The notes under the pieces: generated by a model | Told to the model about the DNA's origin: nothing | Database searches by the model: none | The model's input: the letters and a program-made list of their open reading frames with translations, nothing else | Translations under genes and position numbers: made by a program | Origin: the human T2T-CHM13v2.0 reference genome, Homo sapiens | Length of the DNA: 64,000 nucleotides | Strand: one strand, 5' to 3' | NCBI RefSeq assembly: GCF_009914755.1 | Contig: NC_060927.1 | Part shown: in pieces, positions 42,773 through 63,179 of the stretch | How positions within the stretch are numbered: position 1 is the first letter of the stretch | How the letters are laid out: each line of letters opens with the position of its first letter

Positions 42773-43436
42773 GACACCTAACAATCAAATGCATAAATGG
42801 CATGTGTACTGACACCTAACAATCAAATGCATAAATGGTATGTATTTGATTTATCTGCTTTATCTGATTTTTTTCAAGTCCCACAAAATAGACTGGGGAC
42901 AATTTTGAATAGAGATTGGAGAGAAAACTGAACAATTATTGCTAATTTTCTCAGATGTGGTAATGGTACTAAGATAACACAGAAGAATATCTAACTATTC
43001 TTACTCTTACGAGATGCGTGCTGAAGTTTTAATAGTTTAAGTGCATGATGTCTACGACTGATTTTCAAATAGTTCCAAAAAATACACACATACAGGAAAA
43101 GCAAGCACAATCTTGTCTGTGAGAAAGACTAGGTGAAGGCAAAAAACTGTACCCAGAGGATACGAGCCACCTAAGAATACACAAAATGCACACACCTCAG
43201 ACATCTACCAGCGACTTTAGTTTATGGGAGTTTTATGATCCACACTCCTCTACAACTGGTGCTACTATAAGTTCTCATCCAATTTCAGATAGCTCCCCCA
43301 GCTAACACATCACAGTAACTCACAAGCTGCAACTCTTTGCAACACACTCCTATAAGCAAAGCTGAGTTTTTTTCCAAGGTAAGATGCCAAATTGATTGTA
43401 GTATTCACATATTTATTCACCACTTAACATGCATAA

Positions 43437-43605
43437 ACTGGGCACAGTGGCTCACGCCTATAAACTCAGCTACTTGGGAGGCTGAGGCAGAGGATAGCTT
43501 GAGCCCGTTAGTTCAAGGGTGCAGTCAGCTATGATCACACCACCTCACACTAGCCTGAAGAACAAAGCAAGACCTCCTCTAAGGAAAAAAAAAAGAAAAA
43601 AAAAA
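43437..43605 (+). mobile_element. Alu monomer (FLAM-like)
   Basis: Single arm followed by poly(A). Confidence 0.75.
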
Positions 43606-44414
43606 GCATAAAACTGTGCTGTTGTTTTTATTAGGTTTTAATCTCTTTTAATATGTCACTCACAAAGTTTTAAGTGTTTGGTCCCTGCCCTCATTTTTGA
43701 AATAACACCTGTGGTTTTCATTGTGCCATTTTTCATAGTGTGGTGATTTTTAGGAAAGTTATCTGTTGTTACAGCAGACCTGAATGTAAAAGAATGTTCA
43801 ATGCAACACTAATCAAAACTGGAAACAATCCACATGACCATCAATGGCAGAATGTGTAAATATATTCTGGTATATCATACAATGGAATATCATACAACAG
43901 TAAGGATGAAAAAACTTTACCTACATAGATGAAATGCACAAATATAAGAAAAAAGAAGCACACAAGGGGGTATATACACTGTGTAAGTCTCTTTATATGC
44001 AATTTAAAAGAACGCAAAACTAATCTATGATGTTGGAAATTTGGATGGTCCTCTGAGGAAGAGGGGATAGGTAGTAAATAGGGAGAGTACAAGGAAGACT
44101 TCTGGGGTACTGGTATTTTTCTTTTTTAAACTGAGATAAAATGGACATGCTATAAAATTCACCAAATTTTAAAGTGTACAATTCAGTGATTTTTGATATT
44201 TTCATAGACTTGTACAACTACCATCACTATCTAATTCCAGAACCTGTTAGCAGTCATTCCATGTTCTTTTTCTTGACCTGGTATATTCACAATGCAGTAA
44301 TTAATCAACCTATTCCTTTATTATTTGTGTATCTTTATGTAAGAATATTATACAGTATTTCAGTAAATTTTTTGTCAATGTTTAGAGGACTTCAGATTAA
44401 ACCTGGTACACTGA

Positions 44415-44796
<382 letters not shown>

Positions 44797-44969
44797 CTAA
44801 AACTCCACTCAAATTAAAGCAGATGGCTTATTTTAAAATATTAAACCACAAGGTCAAAGAGAAAGGGAAAAGTATCCCTTAACACCATTCAGTCAGAAAA
44901 CTCCCCTCCCAATAAGATAAACACTGAAGGGCTGAAAGGGGGGACTTGTAAATAACAGGCACAACTTTT

Positions 44970-47265
<2,296 letters not shown>

Positions 47266-48129
47266 AGTACTATTGAAAGCAGACTATGTGTATATTCTTC
47301 CAGACATGCCTAACCTCATGGTTTTCTTTTCACACAAAGTCATACTATGCCTCCTGACATGTAACCTGCTTTCACTCATTTAATAACACATAATGGATAC
47401 ACAGAATATATTTTGCCTGCTACTTTATCTTGCATTAAATGGCTCTACCATAATGTGTTTATCCGATCTCTTACCGATAATCTTTTATATCCCTTGTTGG
47501 TTTCTACTAATTAAGGCTGCAGTGAGCATCCCTGTACAAATACCTTCAATAATCTGTGGTGAATCTGGAGCATATGCTGGATCAAACGATACGAATATAA
47601 AGTTGTCTTTCAAATTAGTTGCACTACTGTATTCTCCCTTACTAACTGTACAGGAGCTTCTGTTTCCTCCTATTTATTTAATCTCTGACAATCAAATTTG
47701 TTAAAAATATCCTTGCTGTCAATGTAATTTGCATTTTTAAGTGTGGCTGAGCATTTCTTCATAGGCTTATTGGCCCACATTTATTTCTTCTTCTTCAAAC
47801 TACAATACTCACACTGTTAAGTCAGTTTCCTATTGAACACGGGCCTTTTTCTTAGTTTCTATAAGAAGTTTCTTAGGTTGAAAGGACTGGAAATTAAAAT
47901 TAATCCTTTTTCATATATGTGACAAATTTTCATCCTAATATATAATTTATCTTTGTATTATATCTTTCAAGATTCAGAAGTTCTACAATCAAAATTTGAA
48001 GTCAAAGTCCACAAAGAAATTCTATAAAGTCAGCAGCATTTTTAACCTTTTAATTTTTGTGGTGTTTTTTGGTCATGGTTAGAAAAGCCTTCCTTATTAA
48101 AAATCAAAATTTTTATTTTTTTTAATTTT

Positions 48130-49725
<1,596 letters not shown>

Positions 49726-51094
49726 AGTAGTACAAAAAAGAAAAAAATCCCTATCACTCTGAAACAATCATTAAACACTAAACAAACATTATTCCAAACA
49801 TCTCACTAGACATATGCTCAAAGTAAAAGATAATATATACAAAAAAAATTTTTTTAAGAAAATGGGATACTAATCCTGTCCCTTTAAATTTACTACATCA
49901 GAAGAAATAGAACAAACAAAGTTATAAGGTCACAAAGTAACTGACAAATGACCTGGCAAGAATTAGATCAGTGAACTTAAAAAAAAAAAAGACAAAACTG
50001 GATAGCTGCTTTAAAGATGAAGATTTGCATTTTAAGAGAATAACAGTCAAGGCTTTCTGAAAATTGAGCAATCTTAACTACTTTTAGCAAAAATAATCCT
50101 CTTTTTAGTCCTGCAAAAGCAAACATGAAGTCAAAGAGGCATGTTGCATGCAATTTTGTTGGAAAAGATTACTATATCCAAGAATTAGTACACAAGTATA
50201 ACCTAAATTCTGTTTAAGACAAAATGGTTTTGATTTTCAAATTTTTCAAGTTATAGTACAATAAACTTTAAGTTGTAAGTTATTTGTTTTGAGCAAGTGG
50301 ATTCTCTAAGTCCCTTTTTAGTCCTAAACATCATGCCCCAAGAGTCTAAAGTAGCAAATGAAACAAGAGATCAAATGATCACTTAGCCAAGTTTTCCAAA
50401 TGAAGCATGAATGGATGGGTGAAAGGGAACATGCTTACTTTCTCTCATAGCACCTTCAAAAAGTAGCAATTAAATCCCCAAACATTCCAGGTTTTTTAAA
50501 AAATCATTATAAATATCATCCATCAGTGTGTTTCAAAACTATTTACATTTTCAGACAAACATTTGTCAGGATTTTCTGTCATCTCTATAAGATGGTACTT
50601 CCTACTAACTGACTTTGCTCACTCCAGTTTGATATATACAGGTTTTTGCTACTTTTTAAACATCTAGGCCTTGATGGACATATCCCAATGTTCCCCTTAG
50701 AGTCTATTCATGAATATGAACAGATTTCAAACATTACTACAGCATTTTCCATGTGCCATGCGCTAAACAACACTCTGTGACCATATTCTCTTCTCATCTA
50801 CTTTCCAAACTAATAAGATCTGACGCTCACAATATGAAAGTTCTTTTTCTCCTATTCCCTTGAGGTGCCTTTACCATGTTCATAATATATCTTTCAGGAG
50901 GTGTAGAAACCAGAGCTGCAAATAGCGTTCTAGATATGAGTGCCTCATCATTTTATAAAAATTGAAGTGTTACCAATGCCATTTTTGATGAAATTCAATG
51001 CACTACTGATCTTCCTGAATGAAATCTATATGGAAAAAAACTTTCAGCTTACAAAACTGTCCACTTTTTCAATCTTAAAGAATACTTACAGTTA

Positions 51095-51572
51095 AAAATA
51101 TTATTATTGATATATAATGGTATGTATTTATAGGGTACATGCGATATTTGGTACGTGCATACAATGTGTAATGGTCAAATCAGGGTATTTAGAATATCCA
51201 TCACCTCAAACATTTATCATTTATTTGTGTTGGGAACATTTCAAATCTTCTAAACCATTCTGAAATAGACAATAAATTGTTGTTAACGGTAGTCACCCTA
51301 CTGTGCTACTGAACAGTAGAATGTATTCCTTCTAACTATTTTTGAACTCATTAACCATCCTCTCTTCATCTTTTCCCTCTCCCACCCTTCCCAGTCTCTG
51401 GTAACTATCATTCTACTCTTTACCTCCATGAGATCAACATTTTTAGCTCCCACATGAGAACATGTGATATTTATCTTTCTGTGCCTGGCTTAATTTCACA
51501 TAATGACCTCCAGTTCCATCCATGTTGCTGCAAATGACAGGATTTCATTCTTTTTATGGCTGAATAGTAGTC

Positions 51573-51616
<44 letters not shown>

Positions 51617-51856
51617 CACACTTTATCCATTCACCTGTTGATAGATATTTAGATTGATTTGATATCTTGGCCACTGTGAATAGTGCTGCAATAAACATGG
51701 GGGTGCAGGTATCCCTTTGATATTCTGATATCCTTTCTCTTGGACAGATACCCACTAATGGGATTGCTGGTGGGCAGTTCTATTTTTAGTTTTTTTGAGA
51801 AACCTGCATACTGTTTTCCATAATGGCTGTAATAATTTACATTTCCACCAATAATG
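51095..51856 (-). mobile_element. L1MA-type 3' end (sense to DLG1) with an internal (TG)n
   Basis: ORF 51471-51755 contains DTCTPMFIAALFTVAK (L1 ORF2 C-terminus). Confidence 0.85.
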
Positions 51857-52067
51857 TCAAATATTCACTTTCAATGGTTACATTACTTAAACAATCGCCT
51901 ATAAAAATAAGTAAATCGAGTATAAGAATTCGAGGCTTTATAATCAAGGGTATCATAAATCGGACAATAAAAAATACTAGTAAGCAATTCAATTCTCTTA
52001 AAGTTTAACATGTTTTTTACATAAGCAATTTTCTAACCTAGAACTAAGACAATAAATGTGAAATAAC

Positions 52068-52725
<658 letters not shown>

Positions 52726-53921
52726 GTGACTGACTGAAGACATTTTAAAAATCCATTTGAAATAGACCTCAGACTATTATAAAAGCAAGTGATGTATTAA
52801 CCCAAAGAGTATGGAAATGGAAATTATCCTGGAAAAAGTGATGGAAAAAAAGTGTAAAGAAAATAAGGATATACACAATAAACATTACACTAATCAAAAA
52901 GAAACATACAAGGTCTAGGATTAATAAAGAGAACTGTGAGTTGGGTGTTAAGAGTCCTGAAATTCAAAGGTATAATTGCCCAAACTAGCTAAATAAAGTG
53001 GGTCAAGTTATTCTATTATGGATCTCAGTTTCCTCATCTTTAACATGAAGACAAGGGATCAGATGTGCTCTGATTCTTCCTGCTCTAAAATTCTATAGTT
53101 CTGTTACTTAAAACTGAGAAGCCATCTAACTTCTTTACCAAAGTGCTATCTGGTTGAGGCCTACCACCACTTTTCCCTGATTTATTATTCACCAAACAGA
53201 AACATCGCATTTTCCAGGCACAGCACCATCTTACACTAACTAGAAAGGACTAGATTCAAATTCAGACAAATAACCACTTTCAAATGACTAATGCTTCTTA
53301 GGCAGAATCTTTGTTACAAACTGCTTCATACCTCTGCTATACCATATCCAACTGGGCAACAGTATAACACACACAAAAAAGTATATTACTAAGATAGTTA
53401 TGAATACTCAAAGAAATAACTTTACAGAAAATGTAGAAACCAGTGCTGATGTTCAGGTTTACTCTTCAGTCTCTAGTGAGTTTGAATGCCATCCTTCAAG
53501 CCAATAAAGAAGAGATTCCTTGAGGTAAATGGGTACAACTTAGCAGCCCAGACCACAAAACTATATCCTATTTCTAGGAAAGAATACCAGAGCAAAACCA
53601 TCTTTTCAAAGTACCATTTCCATTTTAATTACCACACAGATGAAGCCTTGTTGAGGTCTATCATGCAAAGAATTTTTTAATAGTCTAAATCAAGTATTTC
53701 AGACTTCAAACATTCATAACATTTTAAAACAGGGGCAACAGAGAATCTGAGCTTTGCTTTTCAAAAATATTTTTAACCCCATTCTCTTTATTCTATTATA
53801 AATTATACTTCCATAACAAAATCCACTTGTATAAAATATTATTTTAATAAAATAAAGAAACATAGTAACATAAATAAATTGATCACCAAAAAACAGCTTC
53901 AGAACACATTTTTTATCTCAC

Positions 53922-54088
53922 CTCTACACTAGGGCTAAGGCTGCTTGGCAGTGTCTCTGAAGTCACAGTAGAGCTTGGAAGGCTGGAAATCTCCCAAGTA
54001 TTCACAGGTTGAATTGGTTCAGACGGCTTTGAACGATCTATACATTTTGGATTATCCAGTAAGGTCACTTCATAAAATTCTTGAATAT
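53922..54088 (-). CDS. DLG1: DLG1/SAP97 internal coding exon of the beta (L27) isoforms: end of the L27 domain plus Pro/Ser-rich linker
   Basis: Minus strand reads ttttccttcttctag|AT ATT CAA GAA TTT TAT...AGT GTA GAG|gtgaga. Translation (D)[55 protein letters not shown] matches the DLG1 protein as I recall it. 167 nt, enters in phase 1, exits in phase 0, canonical AG/GT. Confidence 0.97.
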
Positions 54089-54309
54089 CTAGAAGAAGGA
54101 AAATAAAAATTCATAAGTATTTATATTTTCTAACTAAATTATGCAATGCTATAACAACATAACTCAAAAGCACAATTTTTACTCTAGATTAGTAAATCAA
54201 TTCCCATCGTATAATGTACTTAAACAGTGAATATTATCTTATTTCATTATATCACAATCATATCAGAACCTGCAGGGCACAGTGTAAAATTCATAGGCTT
54301 TTTACACTT

Positions 54310-54495
54310 CAAAGTCAGCACTTGATTCAAATCCCAACTCCATCACCAACTAGCTACAAGTTCAGGCAAACTACTTAACCTCTGGTAACTTGCCTCTTAG
54401 CACTGTGAATTGTTTCAAGGCTCAAGTATAATACATATAAGATGCCTAGCACTATAGCACAGAATAGGCTCCTAACAGATGGTAGCTAATATCAT
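54310..54495 (+). mobile_element. MIR fragment (similar fragments near 1075-1190, 33075-33190, 52940-53100 and 62950-63150)
   Basis: TTCAAATCCCAACTCCATCAC..CTAGCT..GGCAAACTACTTAACCTCT. Confidence 0.6.
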
Positions 54496-55102
54496 TACTG
54501 TGAATTCTACAGATAGGAGTTATTACCGTTCACCACCAATATCTAAGCTGGGAATGTAAATCCCTCAAGTGGTTTTAATTGCCCTTCTAGCCAAAGCCAA
54601 AGCCAAAAAAAAAGAGGAAATTAAAATCAAAGAACTAGAAGGGCTTTCGGATATCCTCTAGTCTGAATATTTTATAATAGTAAATTAAATATTTTATACT
54701 ACTTTAGAAACAATCAGTTAAAGTCATGACAAAACTCTAAAATAAATGATAAATTTATTTATAATAGCACAGGATAATTTAAAAGATCAAATGACTTTGC
54801 AATCAGCTAGAATTATAAAAACTTATTAACACTAATTATTCCCGCTATTCCGAAGCTGTAAGTAGCAGTTATATAACGCTTAGATTCACCACGCTTAATT
54901 CCTTATTCACCAACTTGTATAATTTTGGATAAGGGAATAGTAAAAGTGGGCATTACCCTGTATAGAATAATTCATAACTGTAAGCAACATTTAGACAGAA
55001 TAACTTAGACTTCTTGCTTCTCATTATTTTAAAAGCATTAGTCCTTTTAAAAACAAACTTCACAAAATAGAGACAAACTTAACTCCCTTTTCAGTTGGGT
55101 TG

Positions 55103-55402
55103 TTTTTTTTTTTTTTTTTTTGAGACAGAGTCTCGCTCTGTCGCCCAGGCTGGAGTGCAGTGGTATGATCTTGGCTCACGGCAACCTCCACCTCCTGGGT
55201 TCATGCGATTCTCCTGACTCAGCCTCCGAGTAGCTGGGACTTCAGGCACGTGCCACCATGCCTGGCTAATTTTTGTACTTTTAGTAGAGACAGGGTTTCA
55301 CCATGTTGGCCAGGCAGGTCTCGAACTCCTGACCTCAGGTGATCTGCCCGCTTCAGGCTCCCAAAGTGCTGGGATTACAGGTGTGAGCCACTGCACCCAG
55401 CC
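55103..55402 (-). mobile_element. AluS
   Basis: Reverse dimer consensus. TSD-like CCC(T)TTTCAGTT. Confidence 0.92.
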
Positions 55403-56699
55403 CCCTTTCAGTTTTAATAACCAGTGGAATTGCAAAACTTTCCAAGTAAAGGGCTGGTAAAAACTAACACTTGTACAGTGAGGATAATATTAACCTACCT
55501 CACAGGGTGTTAAGAATATTATATACACACATACGCACACACACATATGTGCTATGCATACACGCAAACACACACACATCACACTATGTAAAACAAAATC
55601 CAACTATAGCAAAATAATGCTTCAAAAGTCATCTCTCTCAATACTATTTTATCAGGAATTGCCAAATTTACTACCTAGTATAAAATGATAGTCTTTCAAT
55701 AAACCTATGCAAAAATTTAACTTGAGTACAACTCTAAACTTAAATCTTCACCATGAAAATGTAAAGAAAATGGGAGCACAGAGGGGTAGTCAAGAGACTG
55801 CCAATAGCTACAAGTGATTCTATATTCATCTGAAGATCCAGAAAGCTTACCAAATACCAAAGAATTGAAATCACCTATTACATTTTTATTTACTACCCTG
55901 CGAAAAATTATTTTCTTTGAAAATAATGATACACTACAGCAAGCAAGAAGAGAAAACAAGAAAATGCAGAAATACTAAAATATGTATTAGGAAAAAATTA
56001 GATTTTGGTTGACTCACAACTGAAAACATTAATTTTGTTGAAACCTACTCGGTCAATCTTATCACAGTCTATTCCTCATTTTCCATTCATAATCTGCAAG
56101 TGCTTTCCCTGTTTTGGCCTAAACTGGGTTTCCACAAGTCCGATTCCTGAACGCAGATCTAAACAAGACCACACAAAGCTCTAACATGTACACTAAGAAA
56201 CCTCCAAAAATCAAACTTGAAGAAAAGCAGTTAGGTCCAACAGAAGAGGCCAGAATCATTCTTATCTATTAAAAAAAAAAAAAAACAACTGGAAATCTCC
56301 AAGATCACACATTTCAGAAGCCTTCAAATATATCATTTTCTTTTACATAAAAATTTTTCATTACCTTTGTTATTTTCTTGCTAGAATTCAAAGTTTGCAA
56401 ACAATGGGAGTAAAGGGAAAGTGCAGAATCCCAGAAATACTCTCAAAGGGGGTGAGGAATGGGAGAAAGGGAACTTTCAAATAGGCAAAGAAACATTCTA
56501 GCTTTTGGTGACAACTTACATAATCTTAAACAGAGAAACCCACAAGCCAAGAAACATTTCTCAAACTAAAGAAATAAGGCAATACTAACTTAGGGTCAGG
56601 GGAGAAAATCTAAATACAGGCCCAAGAGTATGTAATAATTTAACATAATACCGGTGACATTTCTAATCTATGAGAAGATAATAATTTTATTTGATGGGG

Positions 56700-57990
56700 A
56701 AAAGAGAATGAAAAGATAAGCCACAGACAGGGAGAAAATACTGGCAAAACACATACCCAATAAAGGACTAATATTCAAGTGGACAAAAAATTCTTTAAGA
56801 CTCAACAATAAGAAGACAATCCAATAAAAAAATAGGCAAAAGATACAGACAGACACTTCACCAAAGACAGAGATGGCAAGTGAGCATATATCAAATATCA
56901 CCAGGGAATTTCAAATTAAAACAAGATACTACTACACACCTATTAAAATGGCTAAAATCCAAAGCACCAACACTACCAAATGCTGGTGAGGACACAGGGC
57001 AACACATTGCTGACAGGAATGCAAAATGGTACAACCACTTTGGAAGGCACTTTTGGCATTTCTTAAAAACTATACATACTCATACTATATATGCTCCAGC
57101 AATTGCGCTCCTTGGTATTCACCCAAACAAGCTGAAAACTTAAGTCAACTCAAGACCCTGCACACAAACGCTCACAGTAGCTTTATACTAACTGATAAAA
57201 CTTTGAAGCAACCAATATGTTCTTTAACAGGTGAGTAGATAAACTGTAGTATGTCCACACAATGGAATATTATTCAGTCATAAAAAGATACGAGCTATTA
57301 GGTATGAAAAGGCATGGAGGAACCGTAAATATATTACTAACTGAAAAAAGCCAATCTAAAAAGGTTACATACTTATGATTCCAATTATGACATTCTGGAA
57401 AAGGCAAAACTATGGAGACAGTAAAAAGATCAGTGGTTTTCAGGAGTTTGTGTGGGGGGTGTAGAAGTGGGGTACCGGAGAAGAAGAAGAGCACACAGGA
57501 TTTTTAGGGTGGTGAAAAACAACAGCGGTCTCCAACCTTTTTGGCACCAAAGACCGGTTTTATGGAAGACAATTTTTCCACAGAAAAGAGGGTGGGGGAG
57601 CTTCTGCAGTGAAACTGTTCCACCTCAGATCATCAGGCATTAGATTCTCTCATAAGGAGTGCACAATCTAGATCCCTTGCACGCGCAGTTCACGACAGGG
57701 TTCATGCTCCTGTGAGAATGTAACGCCGCTACTGACCTGACGGGAGGCAGAGCTCAGGTGGCAATCGCTCGCCTGCCGCTCAGGTACAGGTCTGTGGCAC
57801 GGGAGTTGGGGACCCCTGCTGTACAATACGGCAATAGTGGATACGTGTCAAAGCAAAAAATGTGCACATCAGATTTGTCAATGTACAATGCAAAGAGTGA
57901 CTACTAATGTAAAGTATGGGCTTTAGCTAATGACAATATATTAATATTGGCTTATCAATTTTAACAAATATACCACACTAATGCAAGGTT
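56700..57990 (+). mobile_element. L1MC-type 3' end containing a MER1 (hAT-Charlie) insertion at about 57523-57819
   Basis: L1 3' ORF2 motifs. MER1 termini CAGCGGTCTCCAACC...GGAGTTGGGGACCCCTG. Confidence 0.75.
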
Positions 57991-58411
57991 TGTTTTTGAG
58001 ACAGGGTCACTCAGGCTGGAGTGCAATGGTATGATCATGCTCATTGCAGCTGTTATCTCCCTGGCTCCAGCAATTCCACCACCTTGGCCTCCTCAAGTGC
58101 TGGGATTATATACAAGAGCCACCTGAGCTCAGGCCTTTTTTTTTTTTAAAGAGACAGAGTCTCACTCTGTCACTCAAGCTGCAGTACAGTAGCGCCTTCA
58201 CCTCTTGGGCTCAACAAATCCTCCTACCTCAGGCTCCCAAGCAGCTGGGACGACAGGTGCATGCCACCATGCCTGGTTAAATTTTTTTTTTTCCTAAGAC
58301 AGGGTCTTACTATGTTGCCCAGGCTGGTCTCAAACTCCTGGGCTCAAGGATCCTCCCACCCTGGCCTCCCAAAATGTTGGGATTACATGCGTTGAGCCAC
58401 CACACATGGCC
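57990..58411 (-). mobile_element. Degenerate Alu monomer plus AluJ
   Basis: Reverse Alu motifs. Confidence 0.8.
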
Positions 58412-59327
58412 TACAAGATGGAAAAGGGAAGTGGGGCTTTGGGATATGGGAACTGTACTTTCCACTCAATTCTTCTGTAAATTCAAAACTGCTGAAAAAA
58501 ATCTATTAATTTCTTAAACTGCATGAGAGATAAATAAACTTATATTAAAAGGCAATCTCATACTTTATATCAAGATAATTTTCAAATGCATTAAAATGTT
58601 AAAGTCTTGAAAGAATTTGAATACAGGTTTTTACAATCTTGGCAATAGATTATAATAATGTTGGGGCTTAGAGCATTGGGAATGTTTCCAAACGTGTTAT
58701 TAAGGGCAGAAAGCAGTATATTGATAAAGAAAAATATTGATAAACCCAACCATATATATATATGTTTTCTTTAAAAGCCAAGTTTAAAAGCAAGTAACAC
58801 GGGAAGTTATTTGCAATTTACACGGCAGAGTTGACAGGCCTAATGTAGATTTTATACCTCTAAGAAAAAGGAAAAAGGAGGAGGAAGGGGCACAAATTAA
58901 ACAGATAATTTACAAAAGAAATTAAAATAATTAAAGACTTTCTTACAGCTTTGGATATTTCTTTAATCAACAAAATGCACAATAAAACAGAAAAATGACT
59001 AAAGGTATATTCCATATATCAGAGTAGAAAATATTTAAAAGATGGATAACACTCTGTATTGCTTAAGGTATGGTGAATTGGTCATTCTTCCACATACTTC
59101 CTAAAAAATAAATACAACATTCCTAAGAGTATTTAACAAATTACCTCAATAGCCTTAAAATGCACACTCCCTTTGACCAAACAATTCATTTCTAGGAGTT
59201 TGTCCTAAGAATATAGTAAAGAATTGAAACAAAAATGCATATGCAAATACAATATTTATAATTCACAAAAATTACAAACCTAAATGCTCCTAGGAAACCA
59301 TTAAAAAAACTACAGAAAATCTATATA

Positions 59328-60041
<714 letters not shown>

Positions 60042-60592
60042 CTACTGACATGGAAAGACATTTGTCGATAAACTTTAGAAGATAAAAACAATATGTATAG
60101 TACAGAGAAATCATACTATTCACACTTATACAAATACAACTGCAGTATATCTCCCCTGCAAAAAAGGGCAACTCTGTCTACCCAATAAGTGACTGTCACA
60201 AATAAAAAAATGAGAAGGAAGAAGATTCTTCCTTTAGGTAGTCTGAGTTTTCATGTGCCTCTCAAAATGTGAGCTTCTTGCTATATCTCACTGTGCTGAG
60301 TGTGATTCTATAATTACGTGTTTTTAGTACAAGAAGTCAAACAAGCCAGTTGCTTCGTCTAGGGCTCAAGTGAAGAAATCATTCCTTTCCACTAGAGGAA
60401 AAAAAACAATTGTGCTGTAATTAACAAGAGCTAGTGTTAAATTTCTGAAGGCTTTTCAGGGATAATTTTAACTAGATGAGGTTTTTCACCTTACATGCTG
60501 ATTTTAAGTATCAATTCTCACAAGGGAAATAACTGTTTTACTTAGAAGTTTGTTTTGCAAAATGAAGGTGGGGGGTGGCGTGTATACACGCG

Positions 60593-60628
<36 letters not shown>

Positions 60629-61919
60629 TAACATTCCAGGATATTCATCCCATGGATGAAGTAGGAGGTAACCTCTGGTGTGAATATTTTCTTATGGTAT
60701 TTTACATATAATAATCTGATCTCAAATGTTTTATATAGAACATGCATCATTTTTATAATAAATTTATTTTGGAGGGTTACAGGAAAGGCAACTAGAAAGC
60801 TGAAGAACACTGAAATATAACCCTACCATTTCAGAGGAAAAAAATTCTATCAGTTCATTTACTAAAAGCAAGTATGATTATTCAGACAATACCCAATTGA
60901 GTAATCAAAATTAACATCATCAGTGAAGGGCAGATGACATACTAAGATAATACTACAATAGTCAAATCTACTCAAGCACAAATACTCTTTCTTCTAAACC
61001 AATGTTCATTTAAAAAGTCATTTTTGACCCCTAGAAGAAAGAATATCCTATAAAATTTAAAAGTTTGTACTATTGTTTCACACACTAAAGAAAGGAAAGA
61101 TGTCAAGCTAGTAGGCAAAAATAAATTACTTGAATACTTTAGATACTATTAGACTAAGAATCATACATGACTCACAAGCATATTCCGTAAAACAAGGTGT
61201 GTACTAAAAGGAACCAGAGCTTCTCAGAGAAATGGCTGATTCCAGGGCTGGGGCAGGAGAGGTACAAGATAAACCTGGAACATCTTGTTATGCCAAAAAT
61301 TAAGAAAGTGCTCCAAAAAATGATGAGGGCATCTCATAAGGACACAAGCTTGAAAGGGCCCCCACTGGATCACTCAGAGCACAAATGTCATTAAGGATGG
61401 TAATAAATGATAAGTCATTGAAAAAAAAACAGGTATCTGCAAGTTCATGAAAGACACGGGAAAAAAAGAAGGAAGGCTCTTGTTTAGAATAAAATGCAAA
61501 GTGTTAACTGGTAAACCTAGGAGTGTTACTGTTAGAAATCTTACTTTTCAACAACCATATTATAAATCGGTTCAAGAATCATCAATGGATGCTAAATATG
61601 GGTGGAAATTTTGCTAAGGAGTAGGATATGTACATGGTGTTAAAGTGTCTCCCCCACATATTGCCTATAAGCCACAAGGGGTAAAAAACAATGACTATAG
61701 GATACAGAATTCAGACAACACCCAACTAGGTAATCAAAATCAGTATCATCAACAAAGAGCAGATGACTCTGTGTACCTCTGGATGTACAGAATCCTAAGC
61801 CAGGAATACAAAACCTGAATCTAATCACAAGGAAACATCAGACAAACCCAAAATGAGAAAATTATATTAAAAAAAAGTAAGAGTGGAAGGAACTGCGTTT
61901 TTCAAAATCATCAATCTCA

Positions 61920-62178
61920 GCTGGGCGCAGTGGCTCACACCTGTAATCCCAGAACTTTGCTCAGGAGTTCGAGACCAGCCTGGGCAACACCTGTCTCTAG
62001 AAAAAGTTAGCCAGGCGTGGGGGCTCACACCTGTAGTCCCAGCTACTCAGGAGCCTGAGGCAGGAGGATTGCTTGAGCCTGGGAAGCAGAGGTTGCAGTA
62101 AGCCACCACTGCACTCCAGCCTGGGTGGCAGAGCAAGACCCTGTCTCCAAATAGTAAAAAAAAAAAAAAAAAAAAAAA
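61920..62178 (+). mobile_element. Internally deleted AluJ-like element
   Basis: Alu motifs followed by poly(A). Confidence 0.85.
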
Positions 62179-62559
62179 GTCAGTCTCACACAAGACAAAG
62201 AAAAGCTGTGGAAATGTGCCCTAAGTAAAGAGACGTGACAACTAACGGTAATATCTGGTCCAAGTCTGGATTCTGCACTGAGGAAAAATATGACCCTGCA
62301 GAGAGGAAATGGCTTAGAAGAAATATTTAGATGCCTTTACAACTCTGATTCCAAGGTTCTAAAGAGAATTCAGCCAGATTCAACATAATCAAAACACTGC
62401 TTCAGAGCAGTAGTAAGCAAACTATGAGCAAAGAACTCAATCTAATTGAATCAAAACCATCAAGTGAGAAGTTACTAAAATTCTCCTTCCATTTCAGGAA
62501 GTTTCAGCCAACGACGTGATCCATATCCTGTTTTCCTTACTCAAATCTAGCCTACAAAG

Positions 62560-62561
<2 letters not shown>

Positions 62562-62602
<41 letters not shown>
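62562..62602. repeat. (CA)n microsatellite (others at about 60596-60627 and 51578-51613)
   Basis: Read directly from the sequence. Confidence 0.95.
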
Positions 62603-62605
<3 letters not shown>

Positions 62606-63179
62606 AGCAAGAGACTAAAATGTAACATCAGTGGGACTAATATAATGCAAAAGAAATTTAAGAAATTTTGACATTTTACCACTATAGCTGGAAGATCTCA
62701 AACCCTGATTACTAAACACTGTTTTCAAAATGTGTGATTTCCATCATCATAAACATAATGCACCATTATAAATATTTTCCTTCAAAGTGACAATCATTTA
62801 AAGATTACTAACCCTAAAGATTGCTATCTGTCTTAAGCATGCTTGTCATTTAGAATTCTTTATCAGATTAAAATACTCAGTTCTGAAAAACAACGATAAA
62901 GAATATCCCAATGGTTGACGGTGAGAAGTATCTATGGATTCAGATTAGTTGAGTTCAATTTCTGGCTCCGCAATTTAGCATCTGAGGGTCCAAGGGCAAG
63001 ATTGGTCATTTCTCAGTGCTTCAGTTTTCCAGTCTATAAAACAGTACAAACACCTCATACAGGTGAATGTACACCTCACAGGATTACAATGACTAAATGA
63101 TATATTTGTATTAGCACATAGAAAGTGCTCAATAAATGTTGGTTATTATGTTTTACATACACTTGAAGAGGAGTCATAT

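Noticed and set aside
47393-47704. 103-aa hydrophobic plus-strand ORF
   Set aside because: It looks like a decayed antisense L1-type fragment with T-rich bias, and there is no splice or homology support.
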